Below are positions 12,731 through 27,442 of a DNA stretch of 64,000 bases, in pieces. Location of the stretch: contig OX597826.1 in the NCBI GenBank assembly GCA_951406725.2, positions 46,934,001 to 46,998,000 of the forward strand. The letters are read 5' to 3'. The translations under genes were made by a program, and so were the position numbers. Source of the stretch: Octopus vulgaris (Eukaryota). The notes under the pieces are model-generated. The model was not told the DNA's origin. It saw only the letters and a program-made list of their open reading frames with translations, and did not search any database. The first letter of the stretch is position 1, and every line of letters starts with the position of its first letter.

Positions 12731-13302
12731 GCATACGCACAATACTTCCGTATATCCATTTATTTTTGTGTGTATATTTTGTATGTGTATGTGTGTAGGT
12801 ATATGTGTGCGTGTGCGTATATGTGTGTGTGTATACACATATATATATATGTATACACGCACACACACACACATACACAGAGGAGGACCCAGACAAAGAG
12901 ACGGTAGACAGATAGATAGACGGACACCAATTACCCCAAAGGTGGGGTAATTGGTAATTCAAAAGTAGAAGAAATGGCTTTCGCTAAATTTTGAAGCGAT
13001 AATTGCTGAGGACAAGCCGAAAGAAAAGTAGATAGAAGACTTAATAGGTAATGGCATATAAAAATCGTGTCAGCACAACAGTTCCCACACCCTGGCTTAC
13101 CCTGTCATTGTTTTCTTTCACCTACTTACAGAGTCACTCAACGATGCAAATGTTTTCTCATCAGAAATAATACAGAATATGGTTTACAGATTATGTTTAA
13201 TGCGATACAATACAATACAAGCATTCATTCAAACATGCATGCAAACGTTCTTACAGACACGTACACAGTACATACATACATACATACATATATATACATA
13301 TG

Positions 13303-13378
<76 letters not shown>

Positions 13379-13578
13379 AGAGAGAAAGAGAAAGAGAGAG
13401 GGAAGAGCGAAAGATTAAGAGATTAATAGGTAGATACATACGCACATAGGGAGACTGACAAATAGAGAGATGTATACATGCACACACACACACATAAAAC
13501 TTTATCTATATCCATTTACCAGTCTGTCTGTCTGTCTCTGTCTATCTGTCTCTGTCTATCTGTCTGTCTGTCTGTCTC

Positions 13579-13645
<67 letters not shown>

Positions 13646-14035
13646 CTTTTCTCTTTTCTCTTTTACTTGTTTCAGTCATTTGACTGTGGCCATGCAGGAG
13701 CACCGCCTTTAATCGAGCAACTCGACCCCGGGACTTATTCTTTTGTAAGCCCAGTACTTATTCTATCGGTCTCTTTTGCCGAACCGCTAAGTAATGGGGA
13801 CATAAACACACCAGCATCGGTTGTCAAGCAATGCTAGGGGGACAAACACAGACACACAAACACACACACGCATATATACATATACATATATACGACGGGC
13901 TTCTTTCAGTTTCCGTCTACCAAATCCACTCACAAGGCTTTGGTCGGCCCGAGGCTATAGTAGAAGACACTTGCCCAAGGTGCCACGCAGTGGGAATGAA
14001 GCCGGAACCATGTGGTTGGTAAACAAGCTACTTAC

Positions 14036-14040
<5 letters not shown>
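13646..14040 (-). mobile_element. SINE family A
   Basis: Near-complete reverse-complement match to 1092-1537. Confidence 0.9.
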
Positions 14041-14102
<62 letters not shown>

Positions 14103-14103
14103 T

Positions 14104-14143
<40 letters not shown>

Positions 14144-14380
14144 CATACATACATACATACATACATACAGATAGCTAGATCGATACGTACATACATACAT
14201 ACATACATACATATAGCTAGATACATACATACATACATACATACATACATACAGATAGCTAGATCGATACGTACATACATACATACATACAGATAGCTAG
14301 ATTGATACGTACATACATACATACATACATACAGATAGCTAGATCGATACGTACATACATATATACATACATTGATAGAT
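14103..14380. repeat. (GATA)n followed by a compound tandem repeat
   Basis: The unit (ACAT)n-ACAGATAGCTAGATCGATACGT recurs about four times. Confidence 0.85.
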
Positions 14381-14789
14381 GTCTAGGCATGAGCATATAC
14401 GATTGTATGAATGTAAGTTTAAATACATTGTCTATTCGTGTATGGGTATTTAGTTACTGAATCTCAGTTATCTACACACATTTATACATATACACACATA
14501 TCTACATAAACACATACATATACATAAATACATTATACGTGCGTCTGTGTGTGTGTGTGTGTTGGTGTGTGTGTGTTGGTGTGTGTGTGTTTATATATAA
14601 AGCATAATATATCCATACCCATGCTTACATCTACAGACAAAGATAGGCAGATTAACAATAAAGATATGTATGTTCTAAAGCCAACAACAGTGAAATAACA
14701 GACGCTATTGTTGTTATTTCAGTTGGTGTTACTGCTGTTTACCATAATAGCGATCCTTGTGAAATACCGTCATAGTTGACACATCTCGT

Positions 14790-15262
14790 CTACCACCACC
14801 ACCTACCGCCACCACCACCTACCACCACCACCACCACCACCACTACCTACCACCACCACCACCACCTACCACCACCACCACCACCACCACCACCACCACA
14901 ACCTACCACCACCTACCACCACCATTATCACCACCACCACCGCCGCCGCCACAACCAGCACCACAACCAACACTACCACCACCACCACCACCAGCACTAC
15001 CACCACCACCACCACCTCCACCGCCGCCAAAGCCCCCTCCCCCATCATCGCTACACTACTAATCACAGCCACCACCACACCACCACCACGACCACCGCCA
15101 CCGCATCGCACTCACTTATCACCCATCGTCTCTCCTCAGCTGATGCCACCGTAATCTTCACCCTCCGCCAACACCACCACCTCCAACAGCAGCAGCAGCA
15201 GCAGCACCACCACCACCACCACCACCCTCACCACCACCACCACCACCACAACCACCACCATT
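14790..15262. repeat. Degenerate (ACC)n triplet array
   Basis: Seen directly; explains the poly-His/Pro/Thr ORFs. Confidence 0.9.
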
Positions 15263-15619
15263 GCTAGCTTCAACCGTCGGCACTGCTATCGGCACCACCC
15301 TGTCACACCTCAGCGCCCAGCAATTCTCTTTGATAACAAACGTCGGAATACAATAATATAACCTTCACCGTATACATCAACTTCAAGAATAACAACAAAT
15401 ACAAAAACAAAAACAACAGCAAAAACAGCAATAATAATAATAATAACAATAAAACTACTAGTACAATAGCTTCTCTTATTCTCCTTGTCTCTGTCAGTCT
15501 GTTTGTCTCTCCCAATTCTTTTCCATTTTTTATTCCCATCGTCCATGTCACTGAATAATGTCAACACGTTATGCACTGTTTCAGCAAGTACTCAACACCC
15601 TAATGTTGAAAAAAAAGAA

Positions 15620-15620
15620 G

Positions 15621-15707
<87 letters not shown>

Positions 15708-16004
15708 TTGATAGTAATAATAATAATGATAATAATAATGATAATAATGATAATAATGATAATAATAATAATAATAGTAATAATAATAATAATAATGATA
15801 ATAATAATAATAATAATGATAATAATAATAATGATAATAATAATAATAATGATAATAATAATAATGACGATGATAATAATAACAATAATAATATTAATGA
15901 TACTAATGATAATAATAATGATAATAATAATGATAATAATAATAATAATAATGATAATAATAATAATAATGATAATAGTAATGATAATAGTAATGATAAT
16001 AGTA

Positions 16005-16049
<45 letters not shown>

Positions 16050-16050
16050 G
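15620..16050. repeat. (AAT)n/(GAT) triplet array
   Basis: Seen directly. Confidence 0.95.
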
Positions 16051-16573
16051 AAAATGAAGAAAAAAAACAAAATAAAACAAAATAAAGAAAGGACAAGAAG
16101 ACGAAGGAGAGGAAAGAAGAGGGACAAAAAAAACAAAAAAAGAAGAAATAACAGAAACAGGCAGATGATGATGATGATGATGACAACGACGACGACCACA
16201 ATGACGACAACGACGTCCACGATGACGACGACGGCGACGACATAGGTAATGATTGTGATGAATATGATGATGATGAGGAATACGGTGGTGACGACGATGA
16301 TGATGATGTCTATGATAGAGAAGAAAGAGAAGTAAAAACAAATATATACTGAAGCAACAGAAGACGCACAAGGCAAGCCTTCCCCCCTCCATACGCCCCC
16401 CCCCCCATGCCAACACTCCCCTGAAAAAATACCCCGATATTTTATCTTTTGTATTTCCCCCACTCACCCCATCATACCTCATTGTCTTCTATCCGAAGAT
16501 ATTCTTATTTTGCTACTTTTTGTTCTTCTTAAATACACACACACACACACACACATAAATACAAACACGCACA

Positions 16574-16615
<42 letters not shown>

Positions 16616-16684
16616 ACACACAAACACACACATATATAGAGACATATACATACAAATATATATATACATACATGTATACATACA

Positions 16685-16730
<46 letters not shown>

Positions 16731-16794
16731 TATATATACACACACATATATATATACATATACATATATATGCATATCAATACATATACATATA

Positions 16795-16829
<35 letters not shown>

Positions 16830-16891
16830 ATATATATATGCATTACATATATAAATACATACATATATTCACACACATATATATATATGTG

Positions 16892-16929
<38 letters not shown>

Positions 16930-17508
16930 TATTCCTATTCCAGGCAAACCTAATTCTTCTGTTATTGTTTCTCTTACCATCAGACCCACACCCTTTCACC
17001 CATCACCCACCACATCAACTCCCTCTCATCCTCACTCACTCCACTTCTATCCCCGCCACTCTCGCCCACCTCTCTCATAGCCGCCGTTGAAAACGTTTAA
17101 ATTAACTCATAGATTAATAGTGTTCTCATCTTATCTTGGTGTGTCTGCTTTGTTGGTCGCTTTTTAAATTAGATAGCAGTAGATAAGTGATAAGCTCCAG
17201 TTAATGACATCTGGGAGGCTGTGTTCTGTTGTTGTTGCTGTTGTTGTTCGGGGAATGGAACGATGGCGGGGTTGGTAAAGCTTTATTGTCTTGGCTGGAA
17301 TTTCTCTGTTCACTAAATTTAGAAAGAAAAGAAATTACAATAACAACAACTGCAAAAGTCCGATAAATTTGTTTTGCCACAAGGGTCAAAATATGTATTT
17401 ATTACAACATGTTTACAGAGAGTTCTCAAGACATGCGGTGCTCTGTACACAGTTACGCATACATGTACACATGCATACGTATGTACGTACATACATATAT
17501 ACATACAA

Positions 17509-17662
17509 TAGCTGTGTGGTAAGAAGCTTGCTTCTGAAGCACATGGTTCCGGGTTCAGTTCTACTGTGTGACACCTTGTACAGGTGTCGTCTACTAGAGC
17601 CTCGGGCTGATCAAAGCCTTGTGAGTGGTTTTGGTCGCCAAAAATTGAAAGACGCCCGTCAT
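17509..17662 (+). mobile_element. SINE family A 5' half
   Basis: Head and CORE-like segment up to GCCCGTC plus (TA)n. Confidence 0.8.
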
Positions 17663-17671
17663 ATATATATA

Positions 17672-17799
17672 TGATGCAGCACGGATTTTTGTCAGTGAAG
17701 AGGTCGCGGATTTTAGCGACGAAAATATTTTGACAAATTAAACTTAACGGCTTTTGTGTGTTTCTTAAATGGCTTACAAACACCTTCCACGCTGCAATT

Positions 17800-17803
<4 letters not shown>
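17672..17803 (+). mobile_element. Hammerhead-bearing short repeat (family G) in (TA)n
   Basis: Homologous to 48730-48880. 17688-17737 reads UUUGUCA GUGAAGA G GUCGC-loop-GCGAC GAA AAUAUU U UGACAAA. Confidence 0.7.
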
Positions 17804-17874
<71 letters not shown>

Positions 17875-18265
17875 CTTTTCTACTCTAAGCAGCAAGGCCC
17901 GAAAATTTTTTGTTGTGGGGGGGGGGGCAGTCAATTACATCGACCCCAGTACGCAGCTCGTAATTATTTTATCGACCCCGAAAGGATGAAAAGCAAAGTC
18001 GACCTCGGCAGAATTTGAAGTCAGAACACGAAGACAGACGAAATAATGCTGAGCATTTATTTCTTGATTGCCCGAAGGGGGCTAAACATAGAGGGAACAA
18101 ACAAGGATAGACAAAGGGATTAAGTGGTTTGCATTGACCTAAGTGTGTAACGGGTACTTATCTAATCGACGCCGAAAGGATGAAAAGCAAAGTCGACCTC
18201 GGCAGAATTTGAACTCAGAATGTAACGGCAGACCGGTGTGCTAACGTTTCTGCCAGAGCGCCACC
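17875..18265 (-). mobile_element. Dimeric SINE family B
   Basis: Two tandem B bodies with different tails, same layout as 20497-20880 and 36619-37023. Confidence 0.8.
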
Positions 18266-18313
18266 TGACACATACGCAGACACAGACACACACAGACACA
18301 CAAACACACACAC

Positions 18314-18367
<54 letters not shown>

Positions 18368-18388
18368 TATATTGTAGTTTCAGCTACA

Positions 18389-18999
18389 ATAGTTTTCAAA
18401 TAGGTGGGACATTTTTCTTTTTTCTGTCTCTCTCGTTCTTTTACTTTTGTTAGGGTTCGGTAGGTAGGTAGTAGCAGATCTGAAGAAATATTTAATATGC
18501 AGCCTATAATCAGCGCATTAGCAAAGAATCATATTTTATCGCAAAATATAAACCACTTTTGAATGCTTCCACCGCAGATGACACTACTACAATGTTCTTA
18601 GAATAATACCCACGCAAATATTAAAAACAATATATGCAGAACAGTCCCTACCCATAAATTTATTCAGAACAATTCCAATTACTACTGCTATAACCACAAC
18701 AGGTCACTTTTAGGTCACTTGACTATTCAAGAAGACTCTATGAATGGTCTGTTACTGTCATACCAATCCCGCCTTTCTTTTTTTCTTCTTCTTCTTCTTC
18801 TTCTTCTTTCTTTTCTTCCTCTTCTTTTTCTTCTTCTTCGCCGTTTCTTTCCTCGGTACTGCTTAAACAGTCAAAATCCAGAACCAATATCCGTCATATT
18901 AAATATTTCTTCAGATCTGCTATTACCTACTTACCGAGCCTTCACAAAAATAAAAGAGAGATAGAAAATAGAAAACTGTCCCACCTATGTAAAAACTAT
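18389..18999. mobile_element. MITE-like element with about 110-bp imperfect TIRs
   Basis: ATAGTTTTCAAATAGGTGGGACA...AGCAGATCTGAAGAAATATTTAATATG (18389-18499) is inverted at about 18895-18999. Confidence 0.75.
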
Positions 19000-19410
19000 G
19001 GAGATATTAAAAACAAAAGCATTTCATTTAATTTTGCTACAATTTAATTAGTTTTCATGCTTTACTCTGAATTGAAAAAGTCGCAAAGGCTGAAACCGGT
19101 ACTAAAATGTTCTTCATGATAAAATTATTTTTCTACCTTGTCCTATTTTCCTTATACATATCAATTCGTGTATTACTTTTCAACTTTCCGCGCACATACA
19201 CACAGACACACACATATATTCATCTATGTGTGGAGTGTCTGTGTTTGTCCTCCACCAACTTCATTTGGTATGCTTACATCCACGTAAATTAAGGATTCGG
19301 TAAAAGTGAGAGATAGAATAAGTACCAGGCTTTAAGATACGTATATATGTACATTAAACTAAAAATTCTAGAAGGTGGTGCTCCAGCATGGCCGCAGTTG
19401 AATGACTAAA

Positions 19411-19928
19411 ACAAGTTTCGCAGACACGCATCTCAGACCCAAATCTTCAGTGATAATGGACTGAACTGAACCGTAACTATTCTGCACATCCTCTGTTAAC
19501 TCACAGATGGTGATTCAACGTTTCCCCTCACAGTTGCATGCGCATCTGCGATTTTTTACTTAGTTCTGCTTGTTGTGGGGACTCCCAGAAAGTTCGTCAA
19601 TATCGTAATTTTTTCAGCCTTCTTGGAAACGGCTGTGTCACTCGTACACTTGTGTGCGGATCATATACTCCATTCCACACACTTTCTGCAACTTTCTGAA
19701 CAGGTATTGTCATGAAAACTTTCTCTGTGACGGTCATGCGACGATCACCCGCTACACACCTACCTTCCAAGCACTGCTGTAAACAGCAGAAATGAGTTCG
19801 AGCATTAAAACTTAGTGCACACGCACAGCAGAGTTCAAGGTCAATCTGTGCCAAGCGGCTTTACTCTATGTACTTTAGCTTCGTTACTATGGCAACAGTC
19901 CGGATACTTATTGATCAGACCTCATATA
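19411..19928 (-). mobile_element. Mariner 5' half (TIR plus HTH region), degenerate
   Basis: Starts TA-TGAGGTCTGATCAATAAGTATCCGGACT. Peptides RTQVYE*HSRFQEG and SYGSVQSIITEDLGLRCVSAKLV. Confidence 0.8.
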
Positions 19929-20496
19929 TACACATATAAACGACGGAGCTTCTTTCAGTTTACGCCTACCAAACCCACACACAATGGCCACCTGCCCAAT
20001 TGAAACAGAATATACAATAGAATAAAGGTACAAACTGGTGAATTAGGTTATGATGGATTAGGTTATGACGTTTACGTATTTAAATGCGTGGATTGACTTA
20101 TTACGAGAGTATAGATCATGAGAAAGAAGGAAGTCATGAAGTGCGCAGAGTTTTTTTTTTACTGTTCTTCCAAGAATAGATACGCTGATGATGCATTTGC
20201 CAGAAAATGAACACAAGTTATCCAACAAAATATCTACATTCTTTTTCAGATGATTGAATAGATCGCTATAATGTGGACAAGTACAGTCGTTTTCAGCGAA
20301 ATGAACCGTCTTCGCATCTATACTTGAAACAGCTGTTAGTGTCTATCTGCAGACTTTATTACTTCCTCCTTCCTTATGAACTATAGTCTTGTAACGACAC
20401 TCATTTTTAAATATATGCCACAATCTAGCCGGATATCAATTATTTGCCTGGTGAATAACTGATATCGGGTGAAGCAAATACGCTAAGGACTATATA

Positions 20497-20880
20497 CTTT
20501 TCTACACTAGACACAAGGCCCGAAATTTTTTGGGGGAGGGGTCCAATCGATTAGATCGACCCCAGTATGCGACTGGTGCTTAATTTATCGACCCCAAGAA
20601 GATACAAATGAAATACCGCTACGTATTTCGCGTGGCGTGCTAATGTTTCTTATTTCTTTATTGCCCACAAGGGGCTAAACATAGAGGGGACAAACAAGGA
20701 CAGACAAAGGAATTAAGTCTATTATATCGACCCCAGTGATTAACTGGTACTTATTTAATCGAACCCGAAAGGATGAAAGGCAAAATCGGCCTCGGCGGAA
20801 TTTGAACTCAGAACGTAGACGAAATATTGCTAAGAATTTCGCCCAGCGTGCTAACGATTCTGCCAGCACGCCGCCGCATT
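20497..20880 (-). mobile_element. Dimeric SINE family B
   Basis: Two B units; CGCTAAGGA-containing direct repeats at about 20480 and 20881 flank the whole dimer. Confidence 0.8.
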
Positions 20881-21484
20881 CGCTAAGGAAATATATCGAG
20901 ACATTGTATTTCGGATAAACTACATAAAATATATGTGTGGGTGTGTGAGTGCATCATAATGAGAAAGAAATGGTGAGAGATGAAAAGATAAAAAGAAGAA
21001 AAAAGAGAGAGAGAGTGGGTGTGATAAAGTAGAAGCTGATTATAAATATAAATATGATATTGCTACAACACATGACGAGAAAGACAAACCATTTTATTGT
21101 TTTCTTAGCCGCATGTGAGAAATCTACTCAACGCAAACAACACAAACAGCATTAACATTGCTGAGATGAGGGATAATCATAATTATATATTAATACAAAC
21201 GTAGTGAGCTTTCAGAACGACTAGAACATCGGAGAAAATGTTCTACGCTTTTTGCTTCGGATCTTTATGTTTTGCGTTCAAATCTCACAGTTGTAGACTT
21301 TGTCTTTCATCATTTCGAGATCAGTAAATTAAAGTCACGTTGAAGTAGCAGGGTCGAATTACCTCTTCTCTCAAAATTGCTGGCACTCTTCCTAAATTAG
21401 ATAATATGAATATTATTATAAAGGCGGTGGGTTGGCAGAATCGCTAGAGTGTGGAGAAAATACCTTGCGGTATTTGTTTTTTTT

Positions 21485-21700
21485 TTTTTACTTGTTTCAG
21501 TCATTTGACTGCAGCCATGCAGGAGCACCACTTTGAAGGGATTTAAGACGAACAAATCGCCCCCAAAACCTTTTAAAGCCTAGTACTTATTTCATTGGTC
21601 TCTTTGGCCGAATCGCTAGGTTACGGAAACGTAAACACACCAACATCGGTTGTCAAGTGGTGAGAGGAGGACAAACCCAGACACAAAGACATACAAATGC

Positions 21701-21769
<69 letters not shown>

Positions 21770-21905
21770 CGAAAATCTTCTTTAAGTTTCCGCGTACCAA
21801 ATCCACTCACAAGGCTATGCCCAGCCCGAGGCTATACTAGAAGACACCTTCCGATGGTGCCGCGCAGTGAGACTGAACCCGCAACCATGTACTTGGGAAG
21901 TAAGT
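21485..21905 (-). mobile_element. SINE family A (older copy)
   Basis: Diverged reverse-complement match to 1092-1537. Confidence 0.8.
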
Positions 21906-22574
21906 TTACGTTCTGATTTCTAATCCTTACCGATGTTATCTTTGCGCTTCATCCATCAGAAGTTGATAAATAAAGTACTAGTCAAGTACTAGAGTACCAT
22001 GTCATCAGCTAACATTTTTGTTGAAATTTTCTGGTCTTGGGCTTTATTTTTAAACCAATTCTATATATTGATACAAATATACGGGTTTGTGTCCTCATCA
22101 GTAGTAAAACCGCTACAGAGGTGTATACCAAAAGGATCCTTTAATTAAAATTAACCAGAGAAAATTTGGATCTCCAAACCTAATATTTTTTATTGTGGTA
22201 AGTTTGTATAAAAGAAAGATGAAAACTATTGCCATAAAGAAAAATTATGTTTAAATTTCCCTTTCCAAATTATCCTCTTTGATATTCGTGGAAACGTGGA
22301 GTTCTTGGCGAAGGGGATATATTGAATTTATTGAATTTCGGTGAAGATTCAGAAAATCTAACATATCAGATCCCTGCCCTGTTCTATTGCAGAGAAGGAC
22401 CCCCACCCACCAACCAACAGTTAAGCTTTCTAAATTTTATAACAATTATCTAGTCTATATTCTATGAATCTATTTTTGATTTATTGTTTCGACAAAAGTC
22501 TTCACCTGTTTCTTAGCGAACTAGCATTTTGACCAATGTTTCTTAACTCAGTTTCACCTTTCCTTTTTTAATTA

Positions 22575-22927
22575 TACATAAAATATAAACAATTTCAAAT
22601 GATATATGGAATATAGATACGTTCAATTGATATATAAAATAAATACACCTTGTAATTATATAAAATATAATACACATTTGAATTAAAAATAAAATATACA
22701 TCTTCAAACTGTAAAATATATAACATTCAAATAATGTATAGGATTATATACACCTTCAAAGTATATATAAATATATACACCTGCAAGTTATAAAATGTAT
22801 ACAGCATCAAATGGTATATAAATATATACAATTTCAAATTATATATAAAACATATACAATTTCAACTTACATAAAAATATATACATCTTCAAGTGGTATA
22901 AAAATATAGACACCTCAAATTAATGTG

Positions 22928-22930
<3 letters not shown>
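22575..22930. repeat. Degenerate minisatellite, unit about 27 bp
   Basis: Recurring unit like TATATAAAATATATACACCTTCAAAT, roughly 13 copies. Confidence 0.75.
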
Positions 22931-22967
<37 letters not shown>

Positions 22968-23202
22968 TTTAAATTATATATATGATATACACACACCTTT
23001 TTTTCAGGTATGGCGTATTTTACTTCTCTCGCTATCAGAATCACAAATAATTGCTATCCTATGAAACAGGCGTACTATTCTTTTATGATTTCTTTTAAAT
23101 TCTTCCATTTGGTGGTAACCGTTTCTAGGTGCTAAAACCAAATCAAACATCAAATAAACCACTTTAATATCATCACTAAAATTACACCACAGTCTTAATG
23201 AC

Positions 23203-23237
<35 letters not shown>

Positions 23238-24077
23238 TTGTATGTATTTCTCACCTTACTCAGTGATAGGTAATGCTGTAATGCAACAAAAAGAAAACGA
23301 GAGAAATCTCGTCATTGAACCGATAACAACAACAGCAACAGCAACAACAGTAACAGCAAAAACATCATTAAACCCCCAGTAAACTCAACCGAAGGATCAA
23401 TTTTACAAGTTACAATCAAGTAAATGAGGTTACGATATAGTCGACTCAGATATTTTGCCAAGTTCCTTAGAACTATTACGGCAATAAGAAAGTGAGAATA
23501 ACCGAATGGTTATATGAGTTTAATGCCAGTATTAGCATAGAGTAGTGAATGCTGAGAGATCAAAGTGTTTTTCTACTCTTAGCCTACGAAAAAAGAGGAG
23601 TATTAAATGATTGTTCATATTGGAGTTAACACTTTTAATGTCCTTCATACGAATATAGAGAAAAGAATAAAATCCTCGTATGCGTACACGCACACACTTC
23701 AGTGCGTACACACATATACACACACACACATATATATATATATATAATATACTTGCGTGTATGTTTATATAAAGATATGATGTCTTTTCCTATACACATA
23801 TATATGTACACACTCACACACACACATGAGTGTGTGCATATATATATATGTATATTTATATATATAATGCAGATAAGTGCACATATATGTGTCTATTCTA
23901 CATTCTATCTATACATGACTCTATATGTGTGTATAAGTATAAATATATATACATACTAACATACACACGTATGTATACATACAAATATATATGTGTGTAT
24001 ATATATATAGATATATATACATATATGTGTATATATATATGTGTGTCTATATATATGCATACATATATATATACATG

Positions 24078-24129
<52 letters not shown>

Positions 24130-24141
24130 TACATACATACA

Positions 24142-24174
<33 letters not shown>

Positions 24175-24903
24175 GTATCATGCACACACACGTGCACAAT
24201 TGTATCCGTGTGAATTTGGCAGTGTGAGTGAGGTGAATAACCGAGATACGAAAATGACGTCCGATTAAACTATACAAAATTTTACAGTAGATATAAAGAG
24301 TAAAATGATAGCATTGATAAATTTCGTGTACATAAAATTTAAATTGACAAGCTTTACAATTTTATGTGAACATACACGAATGTACTTGCGTATAAAAGGC
24401 AAGATTATACTGAACTGAATATACATGAATAATGTGCACACGTACATTTACATATAAATACACAGCCATGCATAGGATTATATGCATGTATATAGGTATT
24501 ACATTACATTACATGGTTTTATATGCGGTCGCTAACATTCTATGTATCTCTCTGCATACACACATACACAAAACACATAGATATACTTTTTCTGGCTAGT
24601 TGCACTGGTTATCAATATTGAACAAGGCAGATATGTTGCATAATTTATTCGAATGCTTTTCGACCTGCTTCCATTTATGTTTTTGTGCATTTACATACAC
24701 ACTTTTAAATACATGGAGTTTACATTAAATACACACATGCACTTCCGTATACATCACACACGCTAAAACATATATGCGTGTTTGTGTATATGAACGCGTA
24801 TGTATCTCTCTGTAAGTATACATGAGTGTGTGTATGTATATGAATACAGTTATCTCTCACTCGCTCTCTCTCACCTATATATATCAATAACATTCTCTCT
24901 CTT

Positions 24904-24986
<83 letters not shown>

Positions 24987-25533
24987 CAACACATATATCA
25001 GTTTGTTGTAAATATAGGTGTTTTGTCCCATTGGAAATCAATCCACGATTTCCATAACACACAGCCGTAGATTGAAAGCGTCGGAGAAAAGTGTTTTATA
25101 GAGAAAAAATATATAAAAAAAAGTGTGATTTGACTTTTAGATGGCGGGTGTCAAGTTACAGAGTAATAAAGAAAGTAAATGTTAGAACGAGAAATTTAGA
25201 GAAAAAGACAGTGTGGGAGATGAACAGAACACAACCCTCACATAATACAATCAAACAAACAAGCAATTATATATTGAACTTTATATAGATATGATCAGAT
25301 TGTTCCTCTCCCGTTACATGAAGCGGTGATACTTGTGTTGATTATACGGAGGGGAAATGTAATAATTTCACAACAGTAGCTTACCAGAAAACTCCGAATA
25401 CTTTATGTTAGTTTCATGTTTGTACACTCCATCAAATATATTCCTCTACTTCAATGATATTGAGGTCTACTTTATTTGTTGTTGCACACATAGTTAATCG
25501 TTACACACACACACACGTACATACGCACGTATG

Positions 25534-25579
<46 letters not shown>

Positions 25580-25639
25580 TACATACATACATATATACAT
25601 TCACACACACGCCCCCCCCCACACATGTATATATATAAA

Positions 25640-25845
25640 AGGCGGCGAGCTGGCAGAACCGTTAGCACGCCGGGCGAAATGCGTAGCCGTATTTATGAGT
25701 TCAAATTCCGCCGAGGTCGACTTTGCCTTTCATCCTTTCGGGATCGATAAATTAAGTACCAGTTAAGCACTGGGGTCGATGTAATCCGTTTGTCAGTCCT
25801 TGTTTGTCCCCTCTACGTTTAACCCCTTGTGGGTAATAAAGAAAC
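25640..25845 (+). mobile_element. SINE family B with internal deletions
   Basis: Head GGCGGCGAGCTGGCAGAA, B-box GAGTTCAAATTCC, tail TGTGGGTAATAAAGAAA. Confidence 0.85.
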
Positions 25846-26124
25846 ATATATATATATATATATGTATATTCCTGCGTACGCCAACGTATCCACGTAAGCA
25901 TGTATGTGTGTATTGTATAAGTGACAGAAGGATATTGGAAGTAGGTTACTCTGCTGAAAACCGGTATCCTGTATTCTTTATGAGTACCTCGAATATTTCT
26001 TGAGATTTCAGGAGACTCTCACCAAACCTCAGGTGAACATTCCTACGAAATAATTTGCATGTAATATCTTTTGAACAGGGGCAGCAACAAAGTTGTTGAA
26101 AAAGAAAGTGATAATAATAATAAT

Positions 26125-26156
<32 letters not shown>

Positions 26157-26199
26157 CGACGACGACGACGACGACAACAACAACAACAACAACAACAAC

Positions 26200-26232
<33 letters not shown>

Positions 26233-26386
26233 TTTGGCACAAATCTCACAGTTGTTAGGGGTTCGATAAGTCCATTACAACGACTCCAATGTTCAACTGG
26301 CACTTTCTTTATCGACCCCGAAATACTTGGTGCAAAGTATTTTGTCCGGCGCGCTAACGATTCAGCCGGCTCGCCGTCCTGATGAC

Positions 26387-26419
<33 letters not shown>

Positions 26420-26420
26420 A

Positions 26421-26495
<75 letters not shown>

Positions 26496-27442
26496 GGGAT
26501 GATGATGATGATGATTTTTTTGTTATACTTAAACCTACGAAAGCAGCTGAATTGTGCTCTGGTAAATATATTTATTTCGCGTCTGCGTTTTACAATAAAC
26601 ATTTTGATCATGGAGGACCTATCTCCTGGCACTGAACTGCGAGTGTAACAACCGAGATACGATACGATCGATCATTTACAGAAATAACATCTAAAATAAA
26701 TAGTAAGAAATATTCAATACATTTCTTTTTATCGAGTAGACGTGTTTGGTCTGGTTTTGTAATACATGTAACAGATAATCTAACAACAACGAGAAGAACA
26801 TCATTGAAAACAGGCGAACGTATAAAAATGAAACATTTCACAATGAAAGTAACAGTATGTTGTGACAACTTGTACATAAAAGAACCAACATTAGTTGAAG
26901 AATGATAGAATGATAGACCATGTTTTGAGATAAAGGACTCTACTCGCCAAGTGAATGAAACGATGAGGATTCTTCTTTATAAACAAATTGCTTGGAATAC
27001 TTAAATTAGTTTCACGTTGACAAATTACCATTTTTTCCCATTCTGACTTGATGGATCGTAAGTAATTTATTATATAAGTTAATTATTAATATTATTTAAG
27101 TTAATTTTGTTGGTGCTTTATTTTTATAATTGTAAATAACTGTAATAATGTAGTGTTTAAAAAGACAGACAAAAATGTAGTGTTGCCAAACTAAGTGAGA
27201 TCTGTCAAACATAATCTTCAACCCTAAGTAAACATTTTACAGTTTTGATTATGAGTGAATAGAAGACGTTAGGATCGTAAAAGAAAGATCACAGTTTTGA
27301 AAGGTCTCTTATATATATATGTATGTGTGTGTGTATGTATGCATGCATGTATGTAAAGGTAAGGACCCAAGGATCAAGGTTTGAAAGTTTGTGAGAGTCA
27401 AGCAATCCGTAGAAGATATTAATAACAACTTTCAGGAACACT

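Noticed and set aside
14140-14360. CRISPR-like repeat-spacer pattern
   Set aside because: The spacers are (ACAT)n microsatellite, the context is eukaryotic, and there are no cas genes.
14776-16482. Long poly-His/Pro, poly-Asn and poly-Ile/Leu ORFs
   Set aside because: Translations of triplet microsatellites that are open in several frames and both strands; no domain or splice evidence. The same applies to 44004-44835 and all YIYI/THTH ORFs.
22075-22110. Minus-strand CUGAUGA-GG...CC hammerhead
   Set aside because: No GAAA or stem III follows.
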